Below are positions 51,893-64,000 of a stretch of DNA of 64,000 nt, one piece after another (within the stretch, counting starts at the first letter, position 1; every line of letters starts with the position of its first letter). Below the pieces are notes generated by a model, which searched no databases, had not been told where the DNA came from, and saw only the letters and a list, made by a program, of their open reading frames with translations. This DNA comes from Pecten maximus. Its lineage: Eukaryota. Location: contig NC_047016.1 in NCBI RefSeq assembly GCF_902652985.1, positions 42,842,001 to 42,906,000 of the forward strand. Direction: 5' to 3'. Both the position numbers and the translations under genes were made by a program.

Positions 51893-52790
51893 ACGGTTGA
51901 AGCTTACCATACTTGTTAGATAGCTGAACCATGCTTGTTTGATAGCTGAACCATACTTGTTAGATAGCTGAACCATACTTGTTAGATAGCTGAACTGGGC
52001 TTGTTATATGGCTGAACCATACTTGTTTATATGAAGATCTGTTAGACTGATACTTGTTTATGCGATAGCTTGAACCATACTTGTTAGATAGCTGAACCAT
52101 ACTTGTTATATAGCTGAACTATACTTGTTATATAGCTGAACTATACTTGTTATATAGCTTAACCATACTTGTTAGATAGCTGAACCATACTTGTTAGTAG
52201 CTGAACTTGTTATATAGCGACAACTTGTGATATACTGAACCAACTTGTTATAGCTGATACTAGACTATGTTAGATAGCTGAACCATACTTGTTAGATAGC
52301 TGAACCATACTTGTTATATAGCTGAACCATACTTGTTATATAGCTGAACCATACTTGTTAGATAGCTGAACCATAGTTGTTATATAGCTGAACTGGGCTT
52401 GTTATATAGCTGAACCATACTTGTTATATAGCTGAACCATACTTGTTATATAGCTGAACCATACTTGTTATATAGCTGAACCATACGTGTTATATAGCTG
52501 AACCATACTTGTTATATAGCTGAACCATGCTTTTTATATAGCTGAACCATGCTTGATATATAGCTGAACCATACTTGTTAGATAGCTGAACCATACTTGT
52601 TATATAGCTGAACCATACTTGTTATATAGCTGAACCATACTTGTTATATAGCTGAACCATACTTGTTAGATAGCTGAACCATACTTGTTATGTAGCTGAA
52701 CCATACTTGTTATATAGCTGAACCATACTTGTTATATAGCTGAACCATACTTGTTATATAGCTGAACCATACGTGTTATATAGCTGAACC
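51893..52790. repeat. 22-bp minisatellite (tagctgaaccatacttgttata)n
   Basis: About 40 copies, indel-rich around 52020-52270. Confidence 0.95.
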
Positions 52791-53345
52791 GCGTTCATTA
52801 GATAACTCTCTCTCGATGGTTGAATCACACGTGTTAGATAGTTGAATCGCGCTAGCTGAATCACGCTTGTATACTCTGTAAATCGTCATTTCTTATTTTA
52901 TTAACTACTTCGCCAAGGTGGACATGGATATTTATTCAACCTAATTACCTCCCTTTAGGATAATATGTCAAATGCGGCTGCATCAACAATGAGCAAATTT
53001 TCCATTGTCAACAACGGTTTGACACGTGACACGTTGATGGGATCAATCTGAATTAGTATAATATTGTCATAGTAGCCATTATAAACAACAGGTCCTCTTA
53101 CTAAGATTATTTAATACGATAAGGACAAAATCTTTAAAGATATCTCATAGAATTTTTGTTCTTGATACATATTTACATTGAAAACCTTCAAATAGCGAAA
53201 GGAGATTACGACCAGGTGGTCCGGCAGAGTAAGCGTATTCTTGTTCAGCGAAACCTGTCAAGCGAATCTCGGTCAAATCCGGTTTAAGCCACATTCTTAG
53301 AATTAAAACTAGGATGGTGACAACGGAACTTCTATGCAAAACACT

Positions 53346-54500
53346 AGGACGAGGGTTGGGGAGAGGGCGAGGGTAGGGGAGGTGGCGAGGTAGGGGAGAG
53401 GGTAAGGGTAAGGGAGAGGGCGAGGGTTGGGAAGTGGACGAGGTTTGGGGAGAGGACGAGGGTTGGGGAGAGGGCGAGGGTAGGGAAGTGGACGAGGTTT
53501 GGGGAGAGGACGAGGGTTGGGGAGAGGGCGAGGGTAGGGAGAGGGTGAGGGTAGGGGAGGGCGAGGGTAGGGGACAGGGCGAGGTTTGGGAGATGGCGGG
53601 GGTAGGGAAGAGGGCGAGGGTTGGGGAGAAGACGAGAGTAGGGGAGAGGACGAGGGTAGGGGAGAGGACGATGGTTAGGGAGAGGGCGAGGGTTGGGGAT
53701 AGGGCCAGGATTGGGGAGAGGACGATTGTTAGGGAGAGGACGAGGGTTTGGGAGAGGACGAGGGTTAGGGAGAGGGCGAGGGTAGGGAGAGGGCAAGGGT
53801 AGGGGAGAGGGCGAGGGTTGGGGAGAGGGGAGGGGAGATTGCGAGAGTAGGGAAGAGGGTGAGGGCTGGGGAGAGGGAGAGGGCGAGGGTTGGGGAGAGG
53901 GCGAGAGTAGGGGGAGAGGACGAGGGATGGGGAGAAGACGAGGGTTAGGGAGAGGGCGAGGTTAGGGGAGAGGGCGAGGATTGGGAAGAGGACGAGGGTT
54001 GGGGAGAGGGCGAGGGTTGGGGAGAGGGCGAGGGTTGGGGAGAGGCGAGGTGAGGACGAGGTTGGGGAGAGGGCGAGGGTAGGAGAGAGGGCGAGGGTTG
54101 GGGAGAGGGCGAGGGTTGGGGAGAGGACGAGGTTGGGGAGAGGACGAGGGTTAGGGAGAGGGCGAGGGTTGGGGAGAGGGCGAGGGTAGGGAGAGGGCGA
54201 GGGTAGGGGAGAGGGTTAGGGTTGGGGAGAGAGCGAGGGGAGGGGAGAGGGCGAGAGTATGGGAGAGGGCGAGGGTAGGGGAGATGACGCGAGTAGGGGA
54301 GAGAGCGATGATAGGGGAGAAGGCGAAAGTAGGGTCGAGGGCGACAGTAGGGTCGAGGGCGATGATAGGCGAGAAGGCGATAATAGGGGCGAGGGACGAT
54401 GGCGAGGTAGGGGAGAGGGCGAGGACGAGGGAAGGGGAGAAGACTAAGACGAGGGTAGGGGAGAGGGCGAGAGTAGGGGAGATGGCAGGGACAGGGGAGT
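53346..54500. repeat. G-rich polypurine 18-bp satellite (gggagagggcgagggtag/ttg)n
   Basis: More than 1 kb of strongly purine-skewed tandem units containing GGG runs. Confidence 0.95.
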
Positions 54501-54954
54501 GGGGATGCTAGTTATCCGAGTGTCTTTTGATCATCACATTTCCGCCAGATTTCGGACAGAATGTCGGTAGGTGGAAAGGGTCTCGGTGATATCGAAAAAA
54601 ACATGAATTACCGACACCAGACGGTATCAGGCCACGGTTCACTTCAGATATGAGGGTTTAAAAAATACATACATTTCGTCACTTACCTTAACACGATCGT
54701 TCATGAGTAATATGATTACCTGTTAAGGTTGTTTAGACAAATGTATTTCGTCGTCCGTGACGTCTAGGGGACACAAGTCACGCGACGTAAAGACGAGAAT
54801 ATGGTTAAAGCAAAGCTGTCACAGCGCAATTGAGTTTATTTTTTTCACGTTCACGTTTATTCAATAGTAAACCCTCTCATTCTGGATTGATCAATATTGT
54901 AAATTATGTACGTCTCTTTTGTATTTTGAACTTGGTATGAATCTTCCTGATAAT

Positions 54955-56908
54955 ATTAATAATAATAATAGGCTTTATTTAGTCTTGATTACATATTGAG
55001 TCAACGAGTCGTCTTACATATGGTCAAGTAAAATGTACATTATTTACAACATAAATATATTATAATATATAAAAGAATAAAGTTGAAATGTCCATGTGAC
55101 GGTAAATAATAATAAAATAAAAAGTCAAACACAGATCTGCTGTCTCCCTAGTACTTTCGCGGCTACATTGTGCCGCTCTTCAGGGGATTAATAATATATA
55201 TATATACATAAATATGTAATACATGTAGCTGTAAAAAGTTAAGTAGTAATATAATGATGGCCAATTATCACAGTTATAGTATTTGAGATTGCCATATTGC
55301 ACTAATATTCCAGTTTCCTTGTAGCCTGATCAATCATGCAGAGGGCTCTGTTTCTGTGTTGGTCATATCAACTCTTAAGGTCTACAGTCATCAGCATGAT
55401 TGACCAGGCTCCACACGGATTTACCAATTCTAATTTGTACAGATACTTCTATCACAGTTTTGAGTTATTTCATCGAAAAAGTAGTATATTTCAATAGTAA
55501 AACAGACAAAACATATTGCATTACGACACCATAAAATACTGTTTGGTGCATTTGTTAAAAGATAAAAGACTTTTGCAGTTTTGTACATACGATGGTAAAC
55601 TATTCCATATGTAAGGACCTTGGTAGGTAAAAGATCTTTTGAATATATTTGTTTTAAAAGATGGCATATACAATACATTCTGTGCTGATGATCTGGTAGT
55701 TCTTGTTTGAATTGCGGATGACAACTTAAAGTTATTCAAGTAACCTGGGGCCATATTGTTAAGGACTTTGTACATCAGAATAGAGTTGTTGTACAAAATC
55801 CGTTTTTTAAAAGTGGTGTATAAAAATCACATTTTAAAATAATCCTAGCAGCACGTTTTTGAAGTGTTTCAATTTTAGCAATGTGATTTTGTGATGCATT
55901 TCCCTATATGGTAGAACAGTAGTCGAAATGGGGATTAATGAAACAGTTGTAGTAAGTCAGACAAGATGATTCGGTGGGAAAAGGTCGAATACGTCTCATT
56001 TGGAAAATCTGGTAAGATAACTTTTTTGATGTTTCTGCAATTTGTTTGTCCCACGTTAGACAATCATCTATAGTAATTCCGAGAAGTTTTTCTTGTTTCA
56101 CATTATCTACAGTTACATCGTTCATTGAGACAGGGAGCTGTTCGGTTTGTTTAGATTTGCGTTGAGATGTTCCAATTAGCATAACTTTAGGTGTTTTTTT
56201 TTGTATTTACAACCATTTTGTTTACATCACACCAATTTTGAACAGATCTGGCGTCATCATTTAAATTTTGATTTATGTTCTCAAGTGATTTGCCTTGTGC
56301 ATGGGCGGCTGTGCCATCCGCATACATGTTCATTGTTGAATATTTTGATACTAAAGGCAAATCATTCACATATAAACATTAGCGGCCCGAGTATTGAGCC
56401 CTGGGGGACACCGACTGTGAGGGGTTAGGGATCACTTCGAGAGTTTTGGCAATTAGCCGTTTGAAAACGGTCATTGATGTAACTTCTGAAATATGCCATG
56501 GTGTTTTTTTAACAGCAATACAACCTGAATTTGGAAAGCAACATGTTGTGATCAACAAGGTCAAAGGCCTTTCTAAAATCTAAAAATAGAACCCCTGCTA
56601 AGTATCCCTTATCTATCGAATCATACCACATATTTGTTATTTTTGTCAAAGCAGTCTAACGGGAATGATGAGCTCTAAAACCAGATTGGCATTCTAAGAT
56701 AGATCATGACTGCAGAAAAAGTTTTTAAAATGTTGATGAATATGTTTTTCTAGACAATCAGATATAATTGGTAGTACTGATATTAGTCTTGAGTTACAAA
56801 TTACTTCTTTCTTCCCCTTTTTAAAAAGAGGACTTGCTTTAACATTTTTCCAAAGACTGGGAAAGGTATTTGTTTTGATACTAAATTTTATCAGTTTACA
56901 AATAACAG
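54955..56908 (-). mobile_element. 5'-truncated, decayed CR1/L2-group LINE (reverse transcriptase)
   Basis: Minus-strand motifs LDFRKAFDLVDH (56583-56548), GVPQGSILGPL (56412-56381), NDLP...MYADG, KLLGITIDDCLTW, PHFDYCSTI, RSFTYQGPYIWNSLP. The 3' end has AATAAA plus an (ATT)n tail. Many frameshifts. Confidence 0.92.
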
Positions 56909-57699
56909 GTGCAGTGGGCTGATCGGGTATGCCGTATCTTTTTCACTCTACATTCCAACTGTGTGACAATGATTGGAAGATTTGGTCTAGGTTTCATCCT
57001 CTGTCCAACTCATCCCATTATATGTCCTATCGATCTATCCAACAGTCCTATCAGAACTGTGACGAATTCGTCCCAAATGTCCTATCGTAAAACTTATCAT
57101 TCTGTCCATTATATAGCCAGAGTAAATTCGTCCCAAAAATATTCTACCCTAGGTCTCATCTTCTACTTAAGCATAACTATTTTAGCAGTAATATAATTTT
57201 GGCGGTTTTCACGTCGAAATTATGATACATTAATTGATTTTTTCGAAGTGCATTGCATTGTGAACGTACCAGTTAATCCCTGCGTTACCTTAGAAAAACA
57301 ACAAATTGTACATTTTTGGATTATTTTGTTGAGAAATATTTTAATATTTTGTGACTGCTTTACAACTATACATTGCAACTTTCACAAAAAAAAAGCCAGA
57401 CCCCCCCCCCCCCCCCCAAAAAAAAGATATATATTTTCTAATTTGTTTAGATAGTATTATTATGTTACTGTTAACAGTTTTACTATCGCCTAATGGTTTC
57501 TTTTCTAATATATTTGTAATATTCTTAGATGTACTCCAATCATTAAACCATTTCTGAAGTTAACTATGGATCTTTGTACAGGTACAGCCACTTCAAAAAT
57601 ATAGGATAGGCCTAGGGCACCCTGAAACCCGGAACACCTGTCGCAAGTTCCCCTATCACCAAAATCAGAAATATTAGGTGTATCCGTCAGTTCACAACC

Positions 57700-58436
57700 A
57701 CAGTTGTATACAGATATGGACGATACTGGCGCATTCGTTTGTGATTTCTCGCTTAGCCTACAGTGCTCTTTGGTGTATCTGATACACTAATACGCCACCT
57801 ACAAAGGGCCCAGAACACTGTAGCACGCGCCGTTGCCCGTACTCAAAAGAGGTAATATGTCACACTAGTACTTTATTCATTGTATCAGCTACAAGTGCAA
57901 TACAGGTCAGACACAGAAATACATTGGATAATGCTTACAGTTTATTCGGGGGACGTGGTGGCCGAGTGGTTAAGGTGTCCCGACACTTTATCACTAGCCC
58001 TCCACCTCTGGGTTGCGAGTTCGAAACCTACGTGGGACAGTTGCCAGGTACTGACCGTAGGCCGGTGGTTTTTCTCCGGGTACTAGGGCTTTCGTCTACC
58101 TCCAAAACCTGGCACGTCCTTATATGACCCTGGCTGTTAATGTGACGTTCAACAAAAGACAAAAACAAACAGTTTCTTTGGCAATGTATCAGTCGCTTTG
58201 TGGGAAAAGCTTTACCATCTGACTACCAGGGAGTCAGTCGAAGTTGGCGAACACCCTAACCAAATTCTGAAGAACCTGCTTACGCCCGCTTTTGGACTCT
58301 CATTCAGACTTCCAGTTTATCATCCTCTGTTTACTCGCATATTCTGTACATTGTGTAACATGAATTATTAAAATACCGTGGGCTGTATGTAAAGTGCATT
58401 AGAGTGTGCATTTTATATACTGCGTTATATAAATAT
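57700..58436 (+). mobile_element. L2-like LINE 3' remnant, interrupted by a SINE
   Basis: LQRAQNTVARAVARTQK..YVTLVLYSLYQLQVQYR resembles the L2 ORF2 end (LQ..QN.AAR......HITP.L..LHWLPV..R). The tail taaagtgcattagag...tgcgttatataaat is L2-like. Confidence 0.6.
57948..58168 (+). mobile_element. tRNA-derived SINE, second copy of the 39005 family
   Basis: Highly similar to 39005-39226; A box, B box gttcgaaacc, core ggtttttctccgggtact; partial TSD acagttt. Confidence 0.9.
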
Positions 58437-58899
58437 CGTCTGATCTTTGTGATATATTTTAATTACGGCTAATTACATTTAAATGTACCCTTGGCAAAAA
58501 AATAGCATGAATTATGAGACAAAAACCTACAGAAAACATGTAGCTATTTCAAAAAGCCAAGTAAGCTTTGATATGCTTTATAATTATAGAAATCAGTATA
58601 GATTTTCTGAAAAAAAAAAAAAATTACGAATCACTTACAATTGTATTTTCATTTTTTGTTTGTTTAAGTAGTATGCGTCCTTAAGTTCCTTTGACAATTT
58701 TTGACAAATACATCTCTAACGCTTTGTAACGTCAACCCGACTCAGTGTTTGAAGGACAGCGGGATTATGTAACGTTTCTATGGATGCAATCTATTTCTGG
58801 AACGGAACAGATTAATATGATGTTGTTTACGCATAACTGATAAAAATAAGTAAAACCGAAGTACGGTAATTTTCGTATTTGGACAAAAGCAATTCAACC

Positions 58900-59900
58900 G
58901 GAATAAATTGGAGTAAATTGTACATTATTTGGTGTGCTAGAGTATTGAATTCCAGGATGTTAGCAGGTTTTGTTATGTCAGGAAATCCTAGGTATTCATA
59001 TCAGCGTTATAAATACATTAACATGGTTAACATGTATCGTTACCACTTGGGACCACGTTTAGTGATCGTTTCAGTAACACGACAGACACAGGTCCTTCGC
59101 ATTATCGACGAGTCCTAGAAGGACGAAATAGCCGTAAGATGCAGTTTAATTCACATGTTGCTCTACAATATCCAACTCTCAATTTCTATTGAAAGGTATT
59201 GATATCTTGTGTGTCCTTTGTACAAATTTTTGAGATATCAGATGTAAGACACTGCTGGCAGACTTTTGTCCCCGAGATTTGCCGTAACCTTTATGTCATA
59301 CTATATATTTTATATAAATAGTGACACTTCAGAATTCTACTGGACATTCTTTTTGAAATTCATTGTCAAAAATAATGAAATGTATTGAGTTATGTTATTA
59401 TACATCGAGATTTTCACATTTTACTCCCCCTATTTCGGTCGCCACTTAGGTATCAAGGCTTAAGCCCCGTGATATCTCTGACGAATCCGAGAAGAACGGA
59501 ACAGCTGTTTCTACTGTATCTTACTCTCCATCTGTATATCCTTCTAGTTACAATAATTTAATGGAGGAATGCATAATTTGCATCCATATCAAAATTCAAT
59601 GTATTAATACGTTGAGTTTGTTGCATTTGTATCCTTAAGTTCATAGTAATGACGTCGTTGTAAGTTTCCTCTTGCTTCAAATGTGCGTTTTGTTGTTCAC
59701 GTGGACACATCAGGTTGTTCAGAGTAATGTTTATGAAGGTATATTGACTAGTTGCAACTTGCGGTCGACTCCTTGAGAATGTTTATCGATTCTCGAGTTA
59801 GAGTTAAGATGTAGGGTATTTTACCAGTTCATTATCGAATGCCGTCACGACCATAAAGCCGAATACCTGGACTCTTATGCTGGTGTTGAATCTTTTGAAT
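58900..59900 (-). mobile_element. Highly decayed LINE reverse-transcriptase remnant (may extend to ~61800)
   Basis: Frameshifted minus-strand traces in the expected order: GRDGI/DNELVKY (~59850), DISK (~59240), YNAD (~59005). Weak. Confidence 0.35.
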
Positions 59901-61895
59901 TTTTTGTCATCTGAGTTTTTGGTGTTTCCCCTAGTTTCTCTGATTGTGCATGTCCGCAATATATTGAATTTTGCCGTCATTCTCCGTTTTTTTTAAAACA
60001 TGTACCACACCCGACCTACCATCTAGATAGGCATGGTACTATAGCGATTGCCCTTATCTGGATGTTTTCTATCGATTTGCGGTTGGGGACTTTACCGTAG
60101 CTGGGAATATTTCTTGATTAATGCGTGTAATGGTTTAAATATGAGACCCAAGTTGCGATTTACTGTGGCCGCATATAATTGAATGTGATCAATACATTTT
60201 AAGTCTACCATTATTCCTAGATCTCTTTCTTTATCTACCTTGTCGAATAGAGTTGTGGTTATTTTGTTTTATTTCAAAGGTGGTGTCATTTAGCCCTGTC
60301 CTACATGATTTTGTCGACATTTACTTTCATTTATCTATTCTTAAGCGGTTACCGAGCTTCTTGCAAAGTAGTTGACTTGTTTTGATGGTGGATGATAATG
60401 AGTTTTGTTATTGGAGTACTGTTCCATTAATTACTTCTTCCTGTTTTTGTTCCTTGACAACGTCAATAATCCATCCTTAGCAGATCTCCATGTATACCGT
60501 TCATTTCAACTTTTTGTAGTTTTCTTTTGTGTGGTATTTTATTTTTTTTAAAAAGTCCAGAAATATGACGTCAATCAGTTGCCATCCAATCCTCTATAGC
60601 TCCGAGAAGCTGTGTAGTGTAGTAATATACCCTCCTTTAACCATATCAAATGGGTATACATGTAACCAGATTTTGTTATTGAAATGATAGACCTTTTTCG
60701 TCGCTAACTATTCTTGGTAATTTCCCAATGACCGAGGTCAAACTGATTTGTCGATAGCTCTCCACTTCGTTTCTGATGCCATTTTAATGATTGGCGTTAC
60801 ATTAGCCATTTTTTTCATTTTGTTGAAAGCTTTTGTTCCTTGATAGATTTGTTAAATATAGCATTCTCAGTCTTGCAGTCTCAGATTTGAAACCGGTAGT
60901 TCCCCTGGACCATTACGAAGACGACGGCTTGTTGATGACTTCCGCCTATATCTGTTGATGCCACTTGACCATTGTCCATTTCTTATTGTACTCCATTATT
61001 TCGGCCATAATGCCCTAATAGTTTGAGGTCAGTCTTGATTGTCTCTGCCATGCACTTTTGATGAATGCTGACACTGTTCCGTAGGGCTTGTTTGGTAAAG
61101 TTGTCGTTCGTTTTGAATGGAATGTATTTTGTCCAGCACTTCTCTTAATTGCATGGGGTACTGGTTCCCCAAGTATGCGTTTCCTCTTTAAGGCTTTTGA
61201 TTTCCCTTTGCTCTCTGATATAGTTTGTTCTTTTTTCTGTCTGATGAAGTTTCGTCTGTACCCCAGTTGGTAACCTCAGTATAACAGTTTTGATTAGAGG
61301 GAAGATAAATGTCGTCACTTGGTCCGCGACTGGGCCCATAGACAAGATCTTCAATCATATTCTCCTTATTCGTCAAACTCAGGTCTAGGACCGAAGGTGT
61401 ATTGCCTTTTCTTACTTGGTTCCTTTACGTCTTGTTGTAGAAACAGAATATTCATAAGCTTTCCCCGATGCGATAATGTGCATCAAGTTCGTACTTTTCA
61501 ATATCTAGCTTGTTGGCTAGACACGTGATCCGATCAAGGTCGGCCACTTTGTTTGGCGTGTGATCGTTAAGGTCCGCTCCGACATGTTGAACATAATGAT
61601 GTTAGCTTCTTTGTTTTGGGTTGGTCGAATTCTTTTTCAAGTAGGACGTTGAAATCACCATTGATGTCAGTTATGACGCTTTTCTTCATTCTGAGGTCGA
61701 CCCCCAGCGGAGGATTGAAAAAACATGTAGTCGATACAATGAGTTATTGCACATTATTGAACTCAGTACTTTATATACATACTGTAGTTCAATCATTTAT
61801 GAAATAGTCATCCGTATTTCCAATTAAAAGATATATCAAAGAATATGCTACTCAACATGTGATTAAATATTTGTTTTCCTTTTTGTAGACATACC

Positions 61896-62415
61896 ATGCA
61901 GTACATCAAACGACCTTCGAACCAGGAACTGCTAGCCCATGACGGGGTTCCAATGCAGCGGCAAACCTCAGAGGCCAGAGAGGAGGACACCTACGTAAAG
62001 AAACCTTTTCGTGTGAAATCACCAGCAACTTCACCTCCAATACTCGATCCACCTGATTTAAATTCTGAATCTTCTTTTCCAACAATGGAATATAATGACG
62101 TCAAAGTGGACATAAACACTTCTCCATACCATTCGAGTCAAAATATTCACCCTGGGTATGAAGAGCCAAAGTATGTCCATTTTCAAAGAAAACCTGACGA
62201 TCCTGGAAATCTAGGAAACTTGGACTTAGGGGGTGTAATAAAACAATTGGTACCAGAAAATAAGGAAAAGAATTCGGATTCTGGAACTGTTATCAACATT
62301 GGACACATAACAATTCACAACAACCCAGCTGATCCCACGTATTACGACAGCTTGCAACGGCGTCCTCCTGAACCATGTCTTCCTAACCATTACGACTACC
62401 CTGGGCCGCAAAGAG
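61896..62415 (+). CDS. Exon of an uncharacterised Pro/Tyr-rich, probably disordered signalling protein
   Basis: Acceptor ttttcctttttgtag| ends at 61888 and the frame is open from there, so the ATG at 61896 may or may not be the start. Long ORF; phase-1 donor AGAG|gtgaat matches the next exon. Confidence 0.75.
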
Positions 62416-62679
62416 GTGAATACCCTTTCTAAACACAGAACCTAGAGAATTTGTTACAATTTTGAAAATGAGTAATTGTCTTTGCGGACTAATGTAAAGA
62501 CTTGGGGTATAACGAGACTTGTAATTATTCTACGGGTTGCAAGTTTATGGCAAAAAAAAAAAAAAAAAAAGAAGATTACATCTTAAATCTGAATTTCACC
62601 AGTATGGTAGTTTTTTATTGTAGCAAAACATACACTAATAATAATTTTCTATTAAACATTATATGTGTATCTTTTAAAG

Positions 62680-62861
62680 GTTATCATGGCAATCAAGGAA
62701 CTGCAACAACACCGGAGGAAGAGATCTACATTAGACTACCGGACAAAACAGCAGTGGAACATTCTCAGTCATCTGTGAATCACGACCATCATAAGATTGA
62801 CCCCTACAGAGAGACAAAAAACTTCTTGCCGAATTCAAGATCACCGTCTTGTAGAACACAG
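62680..62861 (+). CDS. Next exon of the same gene (continues beyond the window)
   Basis: cttttaaag| phase-1 acceptor; encodes (G)YHGNQGTATTPEEEIYIRLPDK...SCRTQ; donor CAG|gtatgt. Confidence 0.75.
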
Positions 62862-63462
62862 GTATGTAATTAGTATTCAGCAAATGTTTCATAAAACTCA
62901 ATACCAAAAATGATATAAAAGATTCTTGTATTAAGTCTAAATTATTTCATTTCATCATAATCTGAATAAAGGAATGTCTTTATCGAAATCGTCCCTTCTT
63001 TTATGGTCTAGACCCACACGTTTACTGTCATTCCTTATGTTAGTCTCTCTCTGTCCTTTCTATAATTCTAATTCAAATAGTATTTTTCTGGAAATTTAAA
63101 TGGTAAGCATAAAGAACAGTAGCTGGAATGCATCATCTTTTCTTAGAATATGAAACAAATATTGCCTGACTTCCGGGGTGATTGGACTCAAGATCGAAAC
63201 AGCAATAGGTGTTGTGACAATCATTGACTCAATTGACGACAAAATTGAATTCGGATTATTTGAATTTTTGAAATGACAGCTCACACTTTACGAAGTGTAT
63301 ATCAAAAAAGAAAACAATCATACATGGTCAGTTTGTATGAAGTGTTTGTTCCACCCGCATCCAGGTACAAATAACGAAAAATATCCAAGAAGAGACAAAT
63401 TATCAAATGAACTTAAGAAACATAAATATTGTCGATCTCTATCAATTTATTATTCCCGTTAT

Positions 63463-64000
63463 ATTTAGCCGGCCCTCAGCGGATGGAAGACTATCGAAAT
63501 CTCCCTACGTCCGTGGTCCCTCGTCCAGCCGTTCATAAATAATCCGTGTTATCACCATTTCTTGAGAAGTACGGGGGATATTTTTCAAACTTTACAGATA
63601 GGTTTCCTTGTTCCCTTGTGCAAAATGACTAACAGTTGGCTATGTTGGATTTAGACATTTGAAGTTTATTATCGTCTATATCTTAAAATGATATTTCTTC
63701 ACTTTACATGTAGATTTGGGACCAAGTTGTTCCCATTTAACATTGAGACTAATTGGGCAAACAAAACGGCCGATAGGCAGCCGTTTTTGTGCCTTTGATT
63801 TTGACAGTTAAAATCTATTGAATTCCAGAAAGTTCTTGTTAGATCTTTATAAGACTTATTATCGAGGCTCGTCATGTTATAAAATAATTAATAGGAAGAG
63901 GGAAAAGAAAGGCAAAAGTCTAAAAAAAAAAATGTCATTCTTTCAAAAGATCAATAAGGATCATTCGATGGTGGGCGCCGGGATCCCTCTGGGATCTCTT
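63463..64000 (+). mobile_element. HINE/Helentron-associated element
   Basis: 5' tttagccggcc plus a cgtccg microsatellite-like tract; 3' ggtgggcgcc with hairpin gggatccctctgggatctctt at the window end. Confidence 0.5.

Noticed and set aside
53344-54511. Pro-rich and Gly/Glu/Arg-rich ORFs
   Set aside because: By-products of the G-rich 18-bp satellite.

Overview
AT-rich eukaryotic DNA with spliceosomal introns, most likely from a mollusc (probably a bivalve). This inference rests on an achatin-type neuropeptide precursor, bivalve-style SINE and Helentron-associated repeats, and marine irritans-type mariners. Genes reconstructed by hand: (1) two convergent, apparently paralogous secreted prohormones (1519-1962 +, 5107-5505 -). 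Each ends in a predicted amidated peptide of the form [YW]C-x-T-x-EC-x3-ML...YPD-x2-G-x-[WF]-amide, which I cannot assign to a named molluscan family; one resembles vertebrate CGRP. (2) A 3-exon, 78-aa single-domain Kazal protein with a His-rich tail, missed by the ORF track. (3) A calmodulin-sized EF-hand protein with two candidate alternative promoters/first exons, 20 and 13 kb upstream of the shared exons. (4) An achatin-type GFWD/GYGD precursor plus a seemingly identical 417-bp partial copy. (5) Two exons of a Tyr-motif-rich disordered protein with a RHIM-like segment. The rest is transposon debris (mariners, foldback/MITEs, SINEs, LINEs, a Penelope end with a decayed hammerhead ribozyme) and many minisatellites, which explain most long ORFs in the track. 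No prokaryotic features, rRNA or CRISPR arrays are present. All gene models come from splice-site and phase reading only.
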